IMG/VR virus record: IMGVR_UViG_3300037246_000990
Coordinates: 32,001-96,000 of that record
Strand: one strand, 5' to 3'
Origin: a virus
DNA length: 64,000 nt
Shown here: one piece after another, positions 8,487 to 16,428 of the stretch
Numbering within the stretch: the stretch's first letter is position 1
Layout: each line of letters begins with the position of its first letter
The notes under the pieces: generated by a model
Seen by the model: only the letters and a program-made list of their open reading frames with translations
What the model was told of the DNA's origin: nothing
Database searches by the model: none
Position numbers and translations under genes: made by a program

Positions 8487-8583
8487 CATAGCTCAATGGC
8501 GCAAGGCTCGGTGCCCTCAACGAAGCAGGGTCCGGGAGCCTATAACGGCAAACCGAAAGGGGCCTTGTTGCCATTGGTCTATG
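8487..8583 (+). repeat. hairpin repeat A copy 2 (expanded loop)
   Basis: CATAGCTCAATGGC...GCCATTGGTCTATG. Confidence 0.8.
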
Positions 8584-8591
8584 CTGTGTTG

Positions 8592-8611
8592 GTACTAGGA
8601 GTATTTACTGT
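8592..8611 (+). repeat. motif C GTACTAGGRGTATTTACTGT copy 1
   Basis: also at 9132, 10549 and inverted (17/20) at 6911-6930. Confidence 0.8.
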
Positions 8612-8640
8612 AATTCTTTGCCTTTATTCGAGGTTCAACC

Positions 8641-8736
8641 ATGATATTGAAATGTCCTAAGTGCGGCAAGACAGTGAAAACGTGGTGGTCGGCTGTCGTA
8701 GGGTGCCTAAGGTGCAGACCACTGACCATTGGGTAG
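8641..8736 (+). CDS. 31-aa zinc-ribbon micro-protein
   Basis: GAGG RBS; CPKC...CLRC. Confidence 0.5.
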   Translation: MILKCPKCGKTVKTWWSAVVGCLRCRPLTIG

Positions 8737-8797
8737 CATAGCTCAAAGGCACAAAGGGTACCATTAACGACCTTTGTAGCCTTTGGTCTATGATGCA
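8737..8797 (+). repeat. hairpin repeat A copy 3
   Basis: identical to 8138-8198. Confidence 0.9.
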
Positions 8798-8825
8798 CTG
8801 GGTATCATAGTCACAGGAGTGTCAA

Positions 8826-9074
8826 ATGAAAGTTCATATGGTAGTCCGCATAGATAGCTATGGTGTCACAATCATCGGGCCATTCAAAGACCGCGAAGCA
8901 GCCAAGCAGTATCAGGAGCGCAGAGTCAAGCTTCTGAGAGAGGAAGAGGTCAAAGGGATAAGTCTTCGAGGGGGAGTGGCGTTCCTCATCAATACGGTCA
9001 ACGAGCCCATAGAATCACTGATGGTCGAAGAGGCCAAAGCCAAGACCTGTGGCTGCTGTGAGCACGGGAAGTAG
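8826..9074 (+). CDS. hypothetical protein with C-terminal CxCC
   Basis: AGGAG RBS; IGPF motif; ends CGCCEHGK. Confidence 0.75.
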   Translation: MKVHMVVRIDSYGVTIIGPFKDREAAKQYQERRVKLLREEEVKGISLRGGVAFLINTVNEPIESLMVEEAKAKTCGCCEHGK

Positions 9075-9105
9075 GAGAGCGTAGTTCTCCCAAGGCCACA
9101 AGAGG
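9070..9105 (+). repeat. repeat B copy 2
   Basis: GGAGAGC-GTA-GTTCTCC-CAAGGCCACAAGAGG. Confidence 0.8.
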
Positions 9106-9131
9106 ACTAGAGATCAAGAGGGTAGGTCTTG

Positions 9132-9151
9132 GTACTAGGGGTATTTACTGT
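9132..9151 (+). repeat. motif C copy 2
   Basis: GTACTAGGGGTATTTACTGT. Confidence 0.8.
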
Positions 9152-9193
9152 GAGTTGGGTATTTTCTTTGGATTCTTTGACATAGGAGACGAC

Positions 9194-9400
9194 ATGCGAA
9201 GAAGCAAAGGTTCAGGGCTCAACAACCTTGAACTGATGGTAGACGCTGGTATGCCCTTGAAGAAGGCGCTTCAAGACGCCGACGCTCAGATTGAGTGGGC
9301 TCAAAACATATACCCCGAGGTCGTGTCATTCCGTTGGTATCGGAGGTTGCATGGCCTTCGAGCGGGTATCATCAGGTCATTGAAGGTTGAAGGGAGGTAG
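9194..9400 (+). CDS. hypothetical protein
   Basis: AGGAG RBS. Confidence 0.7.
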   Translation: MRRSKGSGLNNLELMVDAGMPLKKALQDADAQIEWAQNIYPEVVSFRWYRRLHGLRAGIIRSLKVEGR

Positions 9401-9401
9401 T

Positions 9402-9587
9402 ATGATCTCAAACATCGAGATGCGAAGGGACACATTAAAGCTGGTAGCTGAGAAGCTACAACGAATCGACCTGGTGGAGGCTGCCATGGACATAGTAGCC
9501 TTCAAGCTGGCAGCAAGGGCCATGATGGTCGAGCTGGAGCTGGACAGAGGGCTCAGTAAGGGACAGGGGCAGCGATGTGGGTCTTAG
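9402..9587 (+). CDS. hypothetical protein
   Basis: GGAGG RBS. Confidence 0.65.
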   Translation: MISNIEMRRDTLKLVAEKLQRIDLVEAAMDIVAFKLAARAMMVELELDRGLSKGQGQRCGS

Positions 9588-9790
9588 TCATACAAGGTGA
9601 CTGTGGCGTTGCTGTCTGTAACCCACCAACAGGTAGCATTCTTGCAACGAAGGTGATCGGTCCTTTTCGCACTGAACTGGGAGCGATGCAGCATTGTGAT
9701 AAGTTTTACAGTGGGCTCACCTCCGAGGACAATGTGATTCAGGCTACGGTGATGTTTGCTGATAGCCCTGAAGAACTGACTGTGAACTAG
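9575..9790 (+). CDS. hypothetical protein (IGPF motif like 8826)
   Basis: VIGPFRTELGA versus IIGPFKDREAA. Confidence 0.65.
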   Translation: MWVLVIQGDCGVAVCNPPTGSILATKVIGPFRTELGAMQHCDKFYSGLTSEDNVIQATVMFADSPEELTVN

Positions 9791-9799
9791 GAGGTGCGT

Positions 9800-10021
9800 A
9801 TGCTGTTGACTGAGGTAATCTCTGAGGTGATAGCTGAGTACCCCAAGGGTGACTGGTGCTTCTTGGTTGGTGAGATCATGCGTCGAACGGAAGGGATCCA
9901 TGAACCTTGGATAGTAATGGCTGGACTCGAACGACAAGGGAGGACGATGACAAAGGCAGAGTACGAGGAACATAGGCGTAGGTACGACAATGGTTGTAAG
10001 TGCTGTCCTCAAGAGATATAA
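9800..10021 (+). CDS. hypothetical protein with C-terminal CxCC
   Basis: GGAGG RBS; ends GCKCCPQEI. Confidence 0.65.
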   Translation: MLLTEVISEVIAEYPKGDWCFLVGEIMRRTEGIHEPWIVMAGLERQGRTMTKAEYEEHRRRYDNGCKCCPQEI

Positions 10022-10032
10022 CAGGAGACACG

Positions 10033-10263
10033 ATGAGCGAGAAATACAAGTCTTGTAAGAAGGCCGTATACCAACACGGAGAAGTCATGTTCATCGAACC
10101 TATGCCAGCAATAGAAGCTGAGCGCATAGTTAGATCCCTAAGAGAGAGATGGCCTGGGTGGTGGGTGGACTGGCACTACGCCGCAGGGAGAGCGGTGTTT
10201 AAGAAGCTTCGCAAACCGTGGTGGCTACGAATCTTCTGTGGTCGCAACATGAACGATGACTAA
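10033..10263 (+). CDS. hypothetical protein
   Basis: AGGAG RBS; VDWHYAAGRAV motif. Confidence 0.7.
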   Translation: MSEKYKSCKKAVYQHGEVMFIEPMPAIEAERIVRSLRERWPGWWVDWHYAAGRAVFKKLRKPWWLRIFCGRNMNDD

Positions 10264-10272
10264 GGAGACCCA

Positions 10273-10539
10273 ATGAAGCAGGGAACAACGCATACCTGTC
10301 ACCCGCACATGGGGACTGGCTGGTACCTTGGTGGCCCTGAAGGGGACATCATGGGCATGATGGAGATGAAAGGCTCCAGTAGTGCGCTCGGCCTCGTACC
10401 CACTGCATGGATACAGTACCCTGGGTACTCCGCTGAGTTGATGACAGGCTTTGAAGGACTCGTGAAAATGACTTTGAAGGCGGCAGATAAGGTTGACATG
10501 GTGGTGGACATGACAGTGGACTCAATACACAGGAGCTAG
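10273..10539 (+). CDS. hypothetical protein
   Basis: AGGAG RBS. Confidence 0.7.
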   Translation: MKQGTTHTCHPHMGTGWYLGGPEGDIMGMMEMKGSSSALGLVPTAWIQYPGYSAELMTGFEGLVKMTLKAADKVDMVVDMTVDSIHRS

Positions 10540-10548
10540 GTAGCCTCT

Positions 10549-10568
10549 GTACTAGGGGTATTTACTGT
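10549..10568 (+). repeat. motif C copy 3
   Basis: GTACTAGGGGTATTTACTGT. Confidence 0.8.
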
Positions 10569-10678
10569 AAGTTTGTTGCTTTTCCTTTGCCATAGGAGAC
10601 TCGAATGATCGTTTTCATCTGTGTTGTCGTGGTTCTAGGTGTGACCAGTGCTGCCTCGTTGTGGTGGGGCTCTGAGGC

Positions 10679-10918
10679 ATGACAACTCAGTACGTTATCT
10701 CAGCGCTGTTCACACTGGGTGACTGGTGTATCAGCAGCGACCCAACGGCACTACCTCGACACTATGCAGCTCATCGCTGTCCTGGTAAACACACGTACAC
10801 AACATGGGCTTGGGCTGTACCAGACTCTAGATTTAACAGGTTCGTGTGTTACTACTGCCATGAGTCTGTGCCTGATGAGATACAAGGGCTACTGGTCTTG
10901 CTCTCATCAAAGATATAA
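10679..10918 (+). CDS. Zn-finger paralog family, member 18
   Basis: LFTLGDWCI..AHRC..CYYCHESVPDEIQGLL. Confidence 0.82.
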   Translation: MTTQYVISALFTLGDWCISSDPTALPRHYAAHRCPGKHTYTTWAWAVPDSRFNRFVCYYCHESVPDEIQGLLVLLSSKI

Positions 10919-10926
10919 CGGGTGAG

Positions 10927-10955
10927 TTGACAACCTGCTCGATTTGTGTCATAAT
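10927..10955 (+). promoter_or_regulatory. sigma70-type promoter
   Basis: TTGACA-N17-CATAAT with TG extension. Confidence 0.75.
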
Positions 10956-11087
10956 GTGGGGCAGATCGACCGGCAGATTCATTGAGGTGTGTGTCTCAAT
11001 GGATGTGTTGGTCAATGAGGTCAGCACACTGAGGGTTAGCTTGGTGGGCATAGTGCCACACTGAGAGGCCCTCAATAGGAGAATCAA

Positions 11088-11474
11088 ATGCCCAAGAAGA
11101 TGAGCGTCAAAGAAATGAAAGCCGAACTCAAACGACTCAATGCCTTCATCGGCAGCGAGCAAGGCTCGAAGTCCGAAGGGAATTTCGGACGAGTCATCGG
11201 ATACCGGAACGACAAGAACAGCGACGAGTACGGTACTGAGTACACGTTCATGGAGTTCGTGGACGCCAACGACGTGCCTCTCGGTTCCCCTCGGGGCAAC
11301 TCGGAGGCCGAAGAGGTGCTGAAGGCGATTAAGAAGATCCGCTTCGGCAAGAACAAGCGAGGAAAGGCACGGTTCAACAAGAAGGCCGGTGCTTGGAGCA
11401 TCCAGACCGAGCACGTCCCGTCTTTCGTAACGATGGGTACCAAGAACAAGGCGGGTAAGTTCACAGCCAAGTAG
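11088..11474 (+). CDS. basic hypothetical protein, paralog of 7752..8048
   Basis: AGGAG RBS; shared N- and C-terminal blocks. Confidence 0.82.
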   Translation: MPKKMSVKEMKAELKRLNAFIGSEQGSKSEGNFGRVIGYRNDKNSDEYGTEYTFMEFVDANDVPLGSPRGNSEAEEVLKAIKKIRFGKNKRGKARFNKKAGAWSIQTEHVPSFVTMGTKNKAGKFTAK

Positions 11475-11484
11475 CATAGATGTA

Positions 11485-11561
11485 GCAGGAGTTAGTTTAA
11501 CAAGGTAAAACAGTGGGTTGTGGCCCCGCCGAAGTGGGTTCGAGTCCTACACTCCTGACCA
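11485..11561 (+). tRNA. tRNA-His(GUG)
   Basis: G-1, CAGGAGT/ACTCCTG acceptor stem, anticodon loop TTGTGGC, GTTCGAGT T-loop, ACCA end. Confidence 0.92.
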
Positions 11562-11568
11562 CAGTTCG

Positions 11569-11628
11569 ATAGCTCAATGGCACAGAGGGTACCATCAGCG
11601 ACCTCTGGAGCCATTGGCCTATGGTGCA
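11569..11628 (+). repeat. hairpin repeat A copy 4
   Basis: covarying variant AATGGC/GCCATT, CAGAGG/CCTCTG. Confidence 0.85.
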
Positions 11629-11653
11629 TGAGGTGCCATGTAGAGGAGACAAC

Positions 11654-11818
11654 ATGAAACAAATAGAACGAATGTGGTTCAAGAAGGCTCTGAGACTGGC
11701 AACCAGAGGCCCCAAGGGTAGCAAGGGTGTCTGGGTGTACTTGGAGAACGACAAGAGGCCGACGCTGGTGCATCCGAACTACAGCCTGTCCCGAGGGCTG
11801 ATCCAGGGGAGGTGGTAG
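11654..11818 (+). CDS. small basic hypothetical protein
   Basis: GAGGAG RBS. Confidence 0.6.
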   Translation: MKQIERMWFKKALRLATRGPKGSKGVWVYLENDKRPTLVHPNYSLSRGLIQGRW

Positions 11819-12128
11819 TGAGGGTTGCGATGGCGTTGTTCATAGCGATGGTCGCTGGGTTTTTCTACCTTGCGATGTCGTTCGACATCTCAGAGTACCG
11901 AAGCACTGACCTACCGCAAGGGGTGTTCCCTTGCGAGCTGTTGTAGCATGGAGGTAGCATGGAGTATTATGTACTGCTGGTCAAGGTGGCAACGGGAGCC
12001 AACAAGTACCTTGTTGTGTTTCAAGACGACGACACTGGTGCTTTGGTGTTGTATGACAAGTGGGACGATGAGGTAGGTGCCTTGGCGATGGCTGAGTACC
12101 TCAACAGTGGCAAAGGGTAGGAGACACG

Positions 12129-12350
12129 ATGGTAGACCTAGAAGCAGACATCGAAGGCTTGAAGGCTAAGATCGAGGCGCTTCAAAGATCAAAGAGGCGT
12201 ATGATCAAGGCTCACATGGGTCTCATCAAGGAGAACAAACGCAAGAAGAGGCAAGCTAAGAGGCTGGCCCAGATGCTGGAAGCAGGAGAAAATCTCTACG
12301 GTAGCTACGCAGACTGGACAGCGGAGCAGTTCGGAGAGGCACCGAAGTGA
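12129..12350 (+). CDS. hypothetical coiled-coil protein
   Basis: AGGAG RBS. Confidence 0.7.
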   Translation: MVDLEADIEGLKAKIEALQRSKRRMIKAHMGLIKENKRKKRQAKRLAQMLEAGENLYGSYADWTAEQFGEAPK

Positions 12351-12625
12351 CAGCCTCGCCCGCTGCTTTGTTTACTCTGGGTGACTGGAGTATACACACG
12401 GACTCGAACACCGTGGAAGGCCCTAAATTCTACGCAAACCATAAGTGTACGAAGTACAACACGCAGCCAGCAGGCCGGGGTCTGTTGGCTGAGTATGTAA
12501 TGAGTCGGTTTGCGTGGGTCAAGGAGGATGATGGTTTCAAGTGCTATTACTGCCAAAAGCATGTGCCTGATGAGATACAAGGGATGCTGCTGATGTTCTG
12601 GTCGGGTATCAAAGGGAGTCGGTGA
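12347..12625 (+). CDS. Zn-finger paralog family, member 19
   Basis: LFTLGDWSI..ANHKC..CYYCQKHVPDEIQGML. Confidence 0.82.
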   Translation: MTASPAALFTLGDWSIHTDSNTVEGPKFYANHKCTKYNTQPAGRGLLAEYVMSRFAWVKEDDGFKCYYCQKHVPDEIQGMLLMFWSGIKGSR

Positions 12626-12888
12626 TGGCCGAGACTTTGTTTACTCTGGGTGACTGGAGTATCGTGGATAACTATGAAGAAGAGTGCTTTGAGTACTACG
12701 CAAATCATAAGTGTGACCTCAAAGAATACAAGAGGGTACGCAAGCTAACCAACACTGCAGAGGTTAGACCTGGAAGCTATGCTTGGTTCAGCACGGACGA
12801 TCCAAATGTTTGTTACTACTGCTGTGTGCCTGTGCCTGCTGAGATCCAAGGTTTGATGGTGCTGCTCATGGCAGGAGTCAGGAGGTAA
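12625..12888 (+). CDS. Zn-finger paralog family, member 20
   Basis: LFTLGDWSI..ANHKC..CYYCCVPVPAEIQGLM. Confidence 0.82.
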   Translation: MAETLFTLGDWSIVDNYEEECFEYYANHKCDLKEYKRVRKLTNTAEVRPGSYAWFSTDDPNVCYYCCVPVPAEIQGLMVLLMAGVRR

Positions 12889-13178
12889 CATGAACGACAC
12901 ACTCGCAGTAAGAATCGAACTACTCAAGGCAGAGGTAGCGAAGCAGAAGCTAGCTGCTTTGGAGCGTGACATGGATGATGCCATAGTACTAGCGTATCGT
13001 GCTGGTGTCTTGGCATGTCATCCGAACTTTCATTGGCGTGACCTGGAGGTACAGTGATGCTAAGTGATGTGCAGTTGCTTGAGGCCATAGGAGAGCGAGG
13101 AAAGAATCGAGATACAATACTACGGCTACGCATCGCACTACTAAGTGCACTAGCCTGCTTGCTACTGCATGTGATACC

Positions 13179-13493
13179 ATGAGTAAACCCGCCGGGTTCA
13201 GGCACTCCGAGATGTTCGTAGACGATACCTACCTAGAGCTAGAAGATAATTGGATGATACATAGGTATCGAAACCTCGGTGGCCGATGGAATGCTGGTGC
13301 TAGACACAAGCACGTTAATGATGCAAGATGTACCGGCACCAACTCAATAGACTCTGTGTATGCCTACCTCGACCATGATGCGGATGATGGCTGGAGCTGC
13401 ATGGTGTGTGGAGAGACAGCACCCGACCGAGTACTAGGGATGGAAAAGTTGGTTCAATACGGTAACAGGTGTGAAAACGAGGAGACACGATGA
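13179..13493 (+). CDS. Zn-finger paralog family, member 21 (HxH variant)
   Basis: EDNWMI..RHKH..CMVCGETAPDRVLGM. Confidence 0.75.
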   Translation: MSKPAGFRHSEMFVDDTYLELEDNWMIHRYRNLGGRWNAGARHKHVNDARCTGTNSIDSVYAYLDHDADDGWSCMVCGETAPDRVLGMEKLVQYGNRCENEETR

Positions 13494-13915
13494 GTACGTT
13501 AGAAGCGATAGCACTGTACGTGGTGGTTGCTGCTGTAATTGTGGGTTTCATTGCCGTGTTCAAGTTCATGCTCAAGATCAAAGCTCAGAGCGAGCTGATG
13601 GATACGCAGCGTGAGTCCTCCACTTGGGTCTGGGCTCGTGGTACCGGCAAGGGGATAGAACCATTGAGACCTTGGCCGAGGCACTCACACCAAGGGACGA
13701 TGCCGAGATGGGCCTCAGCATACAATGAGCATGAGGATGTGTACTTCAACGATCCCGCTGATGCGTATGAGTACGTGATAATGGCATTGGCGGACCTCAA
13801 TCGAGACATTGATAGGTTAGAGAACACAGTAGACAAAGGAGTAGCCTCTCATTGCAAGCACATGCAGCGTGAGTACTGGCTCAACAACCTCAAGGAATTC
13901 AGAGAGGACACATGA
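13490..13915 (+). CDS. membrane-anchored hypothetical protein
   Basis: N-terminal hydrophobic helix. Confidence 0.7.
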   Translation: MSTLEAIALYVVVAAVIVGFIAVFKFMLKIKAQSELMDTQRESSTWVWARGTGKGIEPLRPWPRHSHQGTMPRWASAYNEHEDVYFNDPADAYEYVIMALADLNRDIDRLENTVDKGVASHCKHMQREYWLNNLKEFREDT

Positions 13916-14367
13916 AACACTATGAAGGTAACCTGATACGAACACTCGGTAAAGCTATTGCTTACGCAGCGATGGCGCATCAAGATCAAACAGACAAACA
14001 AGATGTAGCTTACATCTTGCATCCGATCAGAGTGGCCGAAGCACTACGCCGTGATGGTTGGAGCACCACGTACCAGCTAACAGCGGTGATTCATGACCTA
14101 GTGGAGAACACTGGTGTTGAGTTGAGTGACATCGAGCGACACTTCGGCAAGATCATACACGACAGCGTGGATGCCTTGACTCGAAGGAAAGCTGAGGGTG
14201 AGACGTACAAGGATTACATCAGACGGTGCTGCAAGGACAGCTTGGCGATGACTGTCAAGAAGTACGACGTGTATGACAACGCTGACCCTTGGCGGTACTG
14301 CAAGGACGTGCCGTACTCACGGTATGCTTGGGCGATGAGTTATATCCAAGAGCAGGAGGCAGTATGA
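13912..14367 (+). CDS. HD-domain protein, RelA/SpoT-type small alarmone hydrolase-like
   Basis: AHQDQTDK..YILHPIRV..AVIHDLVEN..LT..VKKYDVYDN. Confidence 0.82.
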   Translation: MKHYEGNLIRTLGKAIAYAAMAHQDQTDKQDVAYILHPIRVAEALRRDGWSTTYQLTAVIHDLVENTGVELSDIERHFGKIIHDSVDALTRRKAEGETYKDYIRRCCKDSLAMTVKKYDVYDNADPWRYCKDVPYSRYAWAMSYIQEQEAV

Positions 14368-14510
14368 CAGTACATTGCACTGAGTGCCACCGCGAAGCAC
14401 AAACTGTGAAGAACAACAAGCCCTGTGCATGGTGCAACGCACCGATGAAGGCCATCGGTGACTGTTGGATGAGTAAGAGCGATGGCTCGTTGTCCAACGA
14501 GGAGAAGTAA
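14364..14510 (+). CDS. small zinc-ribbon protein
   Basis: CTEC..CAWC; GGAGG RBS. Confidence 0.55.
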   Translation: MTVHCTECHREAQTVKNNKPCAWCNAPMKAIGDCWMSKSDGSLSNEEK

Positions 14511-14511
14511 G

Positions 14512-14733
14512 ATGGGTAGATACAAAGAACATGGAGTATGGTGGACCTCACCAGGGGTACGTGCAGCCTCCCAAAGGACATCACTACAACAGGCAGACTA
14601 TGAGTACAACCTGGCTGTTAGCAATGAGATATATTGGGGGGACAAGAAGGACGAGGCGTTCAAGAAGTACAAGGCAGAGCTTGAGAAGGCGGACGCTACT
14701 TGTACCTGTTGTCCTAAGCACGGCACCAAGTAA
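14512..14733 (+). CDS. hypothetical protein with C-terminal CxCC
   Basis: ends TCTCCPKHGTK. Confidence 0.65.
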   Translation: MGRYKEHGVWWTSPGVRAASQRTSLQQADYEYNLAVSNEIYWGDKKDEAFKKYKAELEKADATCTCCPKHGTK

Positions 14734-14906
14734 TGACAGACAAGGAGAAGTACAACACGATACGAACCTGCCTCTTGGGTGTGATAGCGTGCTTCAAGAG
14801 CAGGGTAAACGGATGCGATGATGTTGGTTGTATCAACGACCATCACCCATCGTGCCTCAAGTATGTGACAGACATACTTGCCTTGACAGACAAAGAGGAG
14901 TAACGT

Positions 14907-15311
14907 ATGCTTCAAAGAATAAACAAGATCATCACCAGTTTCTTTGGTGCTCTCGGTATGGCTGTGTTTGGCTTCGTCAGCATGGGCATAGACATCGCCG
15001 CAGGTGCTACAATCTGGGCATGGGTCATGGGGGCATGTACCTTGTTTTGGTTGAATATGGCACGCCTAGCCCTCAAGAACAAAGGCACCCATGAGAGCAA
15101 CGTGAGGCTCACCGATGACCAGGAGCAGAGGATCGAGATAGCAACCAGAGAGTTCCATGCTGTCGTGAAAGAGGTCGAACTTGAGCTGAAGCGAGCAGTA
15201 AGGGAGCAAGCCAATGTTCAATCAAACCAACGAAAGGATCAAGAAGCTGGCAAGGAAACGACCGCGACTGACGGACGAACAGATAGCAAGGAAGATCGGA
15301 CGCCCCGATGA
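14907..15311 (+). CDS. two-TM membrane protein
   Basis: two hydrophobic helices followed by a coiled coil. Confidence 0.7.
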   Translation: MLQRINKIITSFFGALGMAVFGFVSMGIDIAAGATIWAWVMGACTLFWLNMARLALKNKGTHESNVRLTDDQEQRIEIATREFHAVVKEVELELKRAVREQANVQSNQRKDQEAGKETTATDGRTDSKEDRTPR

Positions 15312-15426
15312 AGCAGGGCTACGTCGGGTGCGTAAGGTAACGCAATCCGAGGAGTTACAGGATGAGATACTTCACAGCGTAGAGACAGGAGAGGACGAGG
15401 ACAATGAGAAGAGGCAGAGTTGTTAA
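15214..15426 (+). CDS. small HTH-like protein
   Basis: LTDEQIARKIGRP. Confidence 0.55.
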   Translation: MFNQTNERIKKLARKRPRLTDEQIARKIGRPDEAGLRRVRKVTQSEELQDEILHSVETGEDEDNEKRQSC

Positions 15427-15634
15427 GGAGGCACGACGCGCAGCAGCAGAGGCACGACAGGCTGAGCGAGACAAGCGTACCGATGAACAGCAACTAAAGA
15501 AGCTCATCTTCAGCGGGCATGGACACTGTAAGGAAGCGCAGCGTCTTGCTGGTGGCATTGATGAAGGGTCCATCGTTGAGGTGGCCGGTGAGTGGGAGAA
15601 GTCAGCGTCGTTCAGAGGGCCGACGTATGAGTAA
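15404..15634 (+). CDS. hypothetical protein
   Basis: GAGG RBS; tiles with neighbours. Confidence 0.65.
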   Translation: MRRGRVVKEARRAAAEARQAERDKRTDEQQLKKLIFSGHGHCKEAQRLAGGIDEGSIVEVAGEWEKSASFRGPTYE

Positions 15635-15718
15635 ACTACAACGAGCGAGGGGCTGGCTTGTACTCCTTGGAGAGCTGGCGTTCGTTGTTATGGCAGGTGT
15701 GCTATGCAGTAGGTTGCT

Positions 15719-15961
15719 ATGAAAGGCACACGCAAGCCAGTGATGAGCGAGGCACGACGTAAGGTGTTGAATTTGTTGGAGTTTTGCCTTGAGTCTGACC
15801 CGTACCTATGGAGTGTAGATGAGCTAATCAGAGGCGTGAGTCATGTTGCTGGGGGTATGAGTGACGAAGAACTAGCCAAAGCACTACAAGACTACGCCGA
15901 TGGAAGGATCAAAGCAAACATAATGATGTATCTTCTTGCACACCCCAAGGTGGAACAATGA
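15719..15961 (+). CDS. hypothetical protein
   Basis: ORF tiling. Confidence 0.6.
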   Translation: MKGTRKPVMSEARRKVLNLLEFCLESDPYLWSVDELIRGVSHVAGGMSDEELAKALQDYADGRIKANIMMYLLAHPKVEQ

Positions 15962-16149
15962 CTTGTGATGTTAAGAGGTGCAGACGACTCACCTACTTAG
16001 AGTACGCTGCCTTCGAGAAGCGTACTCGATGTGTTAGTGTGTGTGAGTTCCATTGGCAGAAGCATTGCGATGAGGGTGATAAGTTTGATCTACGAGATCA
16101 CTTCTATCCTAAGAAAGTGTAAGATACAACCATAGAAAAGGAGAACGGT

Positions 16150-16428
16150 ATGACAAGAGTTAAGTTCCGTGTCTATGTGACGAGACGATGCCGGGTGTGC
16201 AAGAAGATACATCAGATGCCCACGCACAGGTACATCGACCACTATGGAGAAGAGGATCAGGCAACTGAGATCCAAATAGGTCATGCACTTGTTTCTAATC
16301 TCTTGGAAAAAGAGAACGCAAGGGCTGAGTCGCGTGACCGTAAGGCACGCAAGGCTGGCTCGGGTAGGATGCACACCAACCAACGGCAGCGTCCCTTGTA
16401 CCAGTACTGCCTTGAGGTGACAGGATGA
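16150..16428 (+). CDS. basic hypothetical protein (CxxC...H)
   Basis: AGGAG RBS. Confidence 0.65.
   Translation: MTRVKFRVYVTRRCRVCKKIHQMPTHRYIDHYGEEDQATEIQIGHALVSNLLEKENARAESRDRKARKAGSGRMHTNQRQRPLYQYCLEVTG

Noticed and set aside
8487-8500. tRNA at ATAGCTCAATGG (also at 11569)
   Set aside because: It resembles a D-arm start but has no T-arm or cloverleaf; it pairs as a long hairpin instead.
8520-8565. c-di-GMP-I riboswitch or hammerhead ribozyme (GGCAAACC-GAAA-GG)
   Set aside because: It lacks the downstream GCAAAGC/P3 element and the CUGAUGA core.
8138-11628. Repeats as a CRISPR array or integron attC sites
   Set aside because: Spacing is irregular with whole genes between copies; there are no RYYYAAC/GTTRRRY ends and no cas or integrase gene in the window.
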